Source: Haliotis rufescens (lineage: Eukaryota). Taken from it: a stretch of DNA of 64,000 bases. Under the pieces are notes generated by a model, which saw only the letters and a program-made list of their open reading frames with translations, did no database searches and was not told the DNA's origin. The stretch is from positions 558,001-622,000 of the forward strand of contig NW_025963783.1 in NCBI RefSeq assembly GCF_023055435.1, in the 5' to 3' direction. Positions 63,460 to 64,000 of this stretch are shown here, piece after piece. Numbering within the stretch: position 1 is the stretch's first letter; every line of letters begins with the position of its first letter. A program made the translations under genes and the position numbers.

Positions 63460-64000
63460 CACAGAGAGAGAGAATGGATCTGAATGTGTTTATGTATATA
63501 TGTGGCTGCTTGTACTTAATTCATGCCGGTTTCATAGTGCTAGCACACTGAGACACCATGCCGCATTTTACTATTAAAAGTGAGTGAGTGAGTTGGGTGT
63601 AACGTCACTTTTAACATTATTCCAGTTATATCAGGCGTGTCAGCTTAATGTGGGAGGAGAGCCCGAAGTCATGCAGGCCTTAGACGTTTACCACTTCGGT
63701 GAAACCCACGAGCATGGGTATGGTGCTGACAATCCCAGAAACATAATCGGGGCGAACCGGGATTCGAACCCACAATCATAGGTTTCTGACGTGCCCAAAG
63801 GACGCAACTGTGCACAGCGAATCACGGCGTCGTAGACGACTGGGCCACGCGTGCCCATTTAACATGAATACCACACTCCGACACAATATACTGACTCCAA
63901 GCCGACCAGTTCTTGTCTTAGCTCCTTAATGCCGAGGATGTGGCCAGGGATCAGACTAGACACCTTCTGCTGTCTGGGCAGTCGCTCTATCCACTAGACT
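63460..64000 (-). mobile_element. SINE family C interrupted by a full-length family A SINE at 63580-63856
   Basis: Family C 5' half at 63860-64000 and 3' half at 63460-63575 flank a complete family A copy. Confidence 0.85.

Larger units (their letters stand above)
56864..63575. repeat. Segmental duplication unit 2 (TRIM-A2/TRIM-B2 pair)
   Basis: Colinear with 43402-50830. Confidence 0.92.

Overview
This is animal (eukaryotic) genomic DNA with spliceosomal introns and dense repeats. The SINE, Tc1 and LINE repertoire looks like that of a gastropod mollusc, probably abalone-like; this is my inference, not a database result. About the first 43 kb is mostly transposon debris: several APE-RT non-LTR retrotransposons (one nearly intact at 36850-40930), four Tc1/mariner elements, a Crypton tyrosine-recombinase relic, a MULE fragment, Penelope-like fragments, an I/Nimb-type LINE 3' end, four SINE families, a 21-bp minisatellite and a 4.9-kb 23-bp satellite with higher-order structure. 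The ORF track misses five spliced exons of a SAMHD1-like HD-domain dNTPase (8868-13693), which carry one in-frame TAG. The last 21 kb holds a tandem segmental duplication of a tail-to-tail pair of RING/B-box/coiled-coil/NHL-like TRIM genes. All four TRIM copies are lesioned. The last three exons of an intact-looking ShKT-domain gene lie between the two units. Three observations stand out: (i) a 179-bp perfect gene-conversion tract between the RING exons of two otherwise divergent, inverted TRIM paralogues; (ii) independent, frame-preserving stops at the end of B-box 2 in both TRIMs of the second unit; (iii) a young LINE whose ORF2 follows ORF1 in frame behind a single TAG with no AUG. I see no clear evidence of a wholly new biological system; these are the best candidates.
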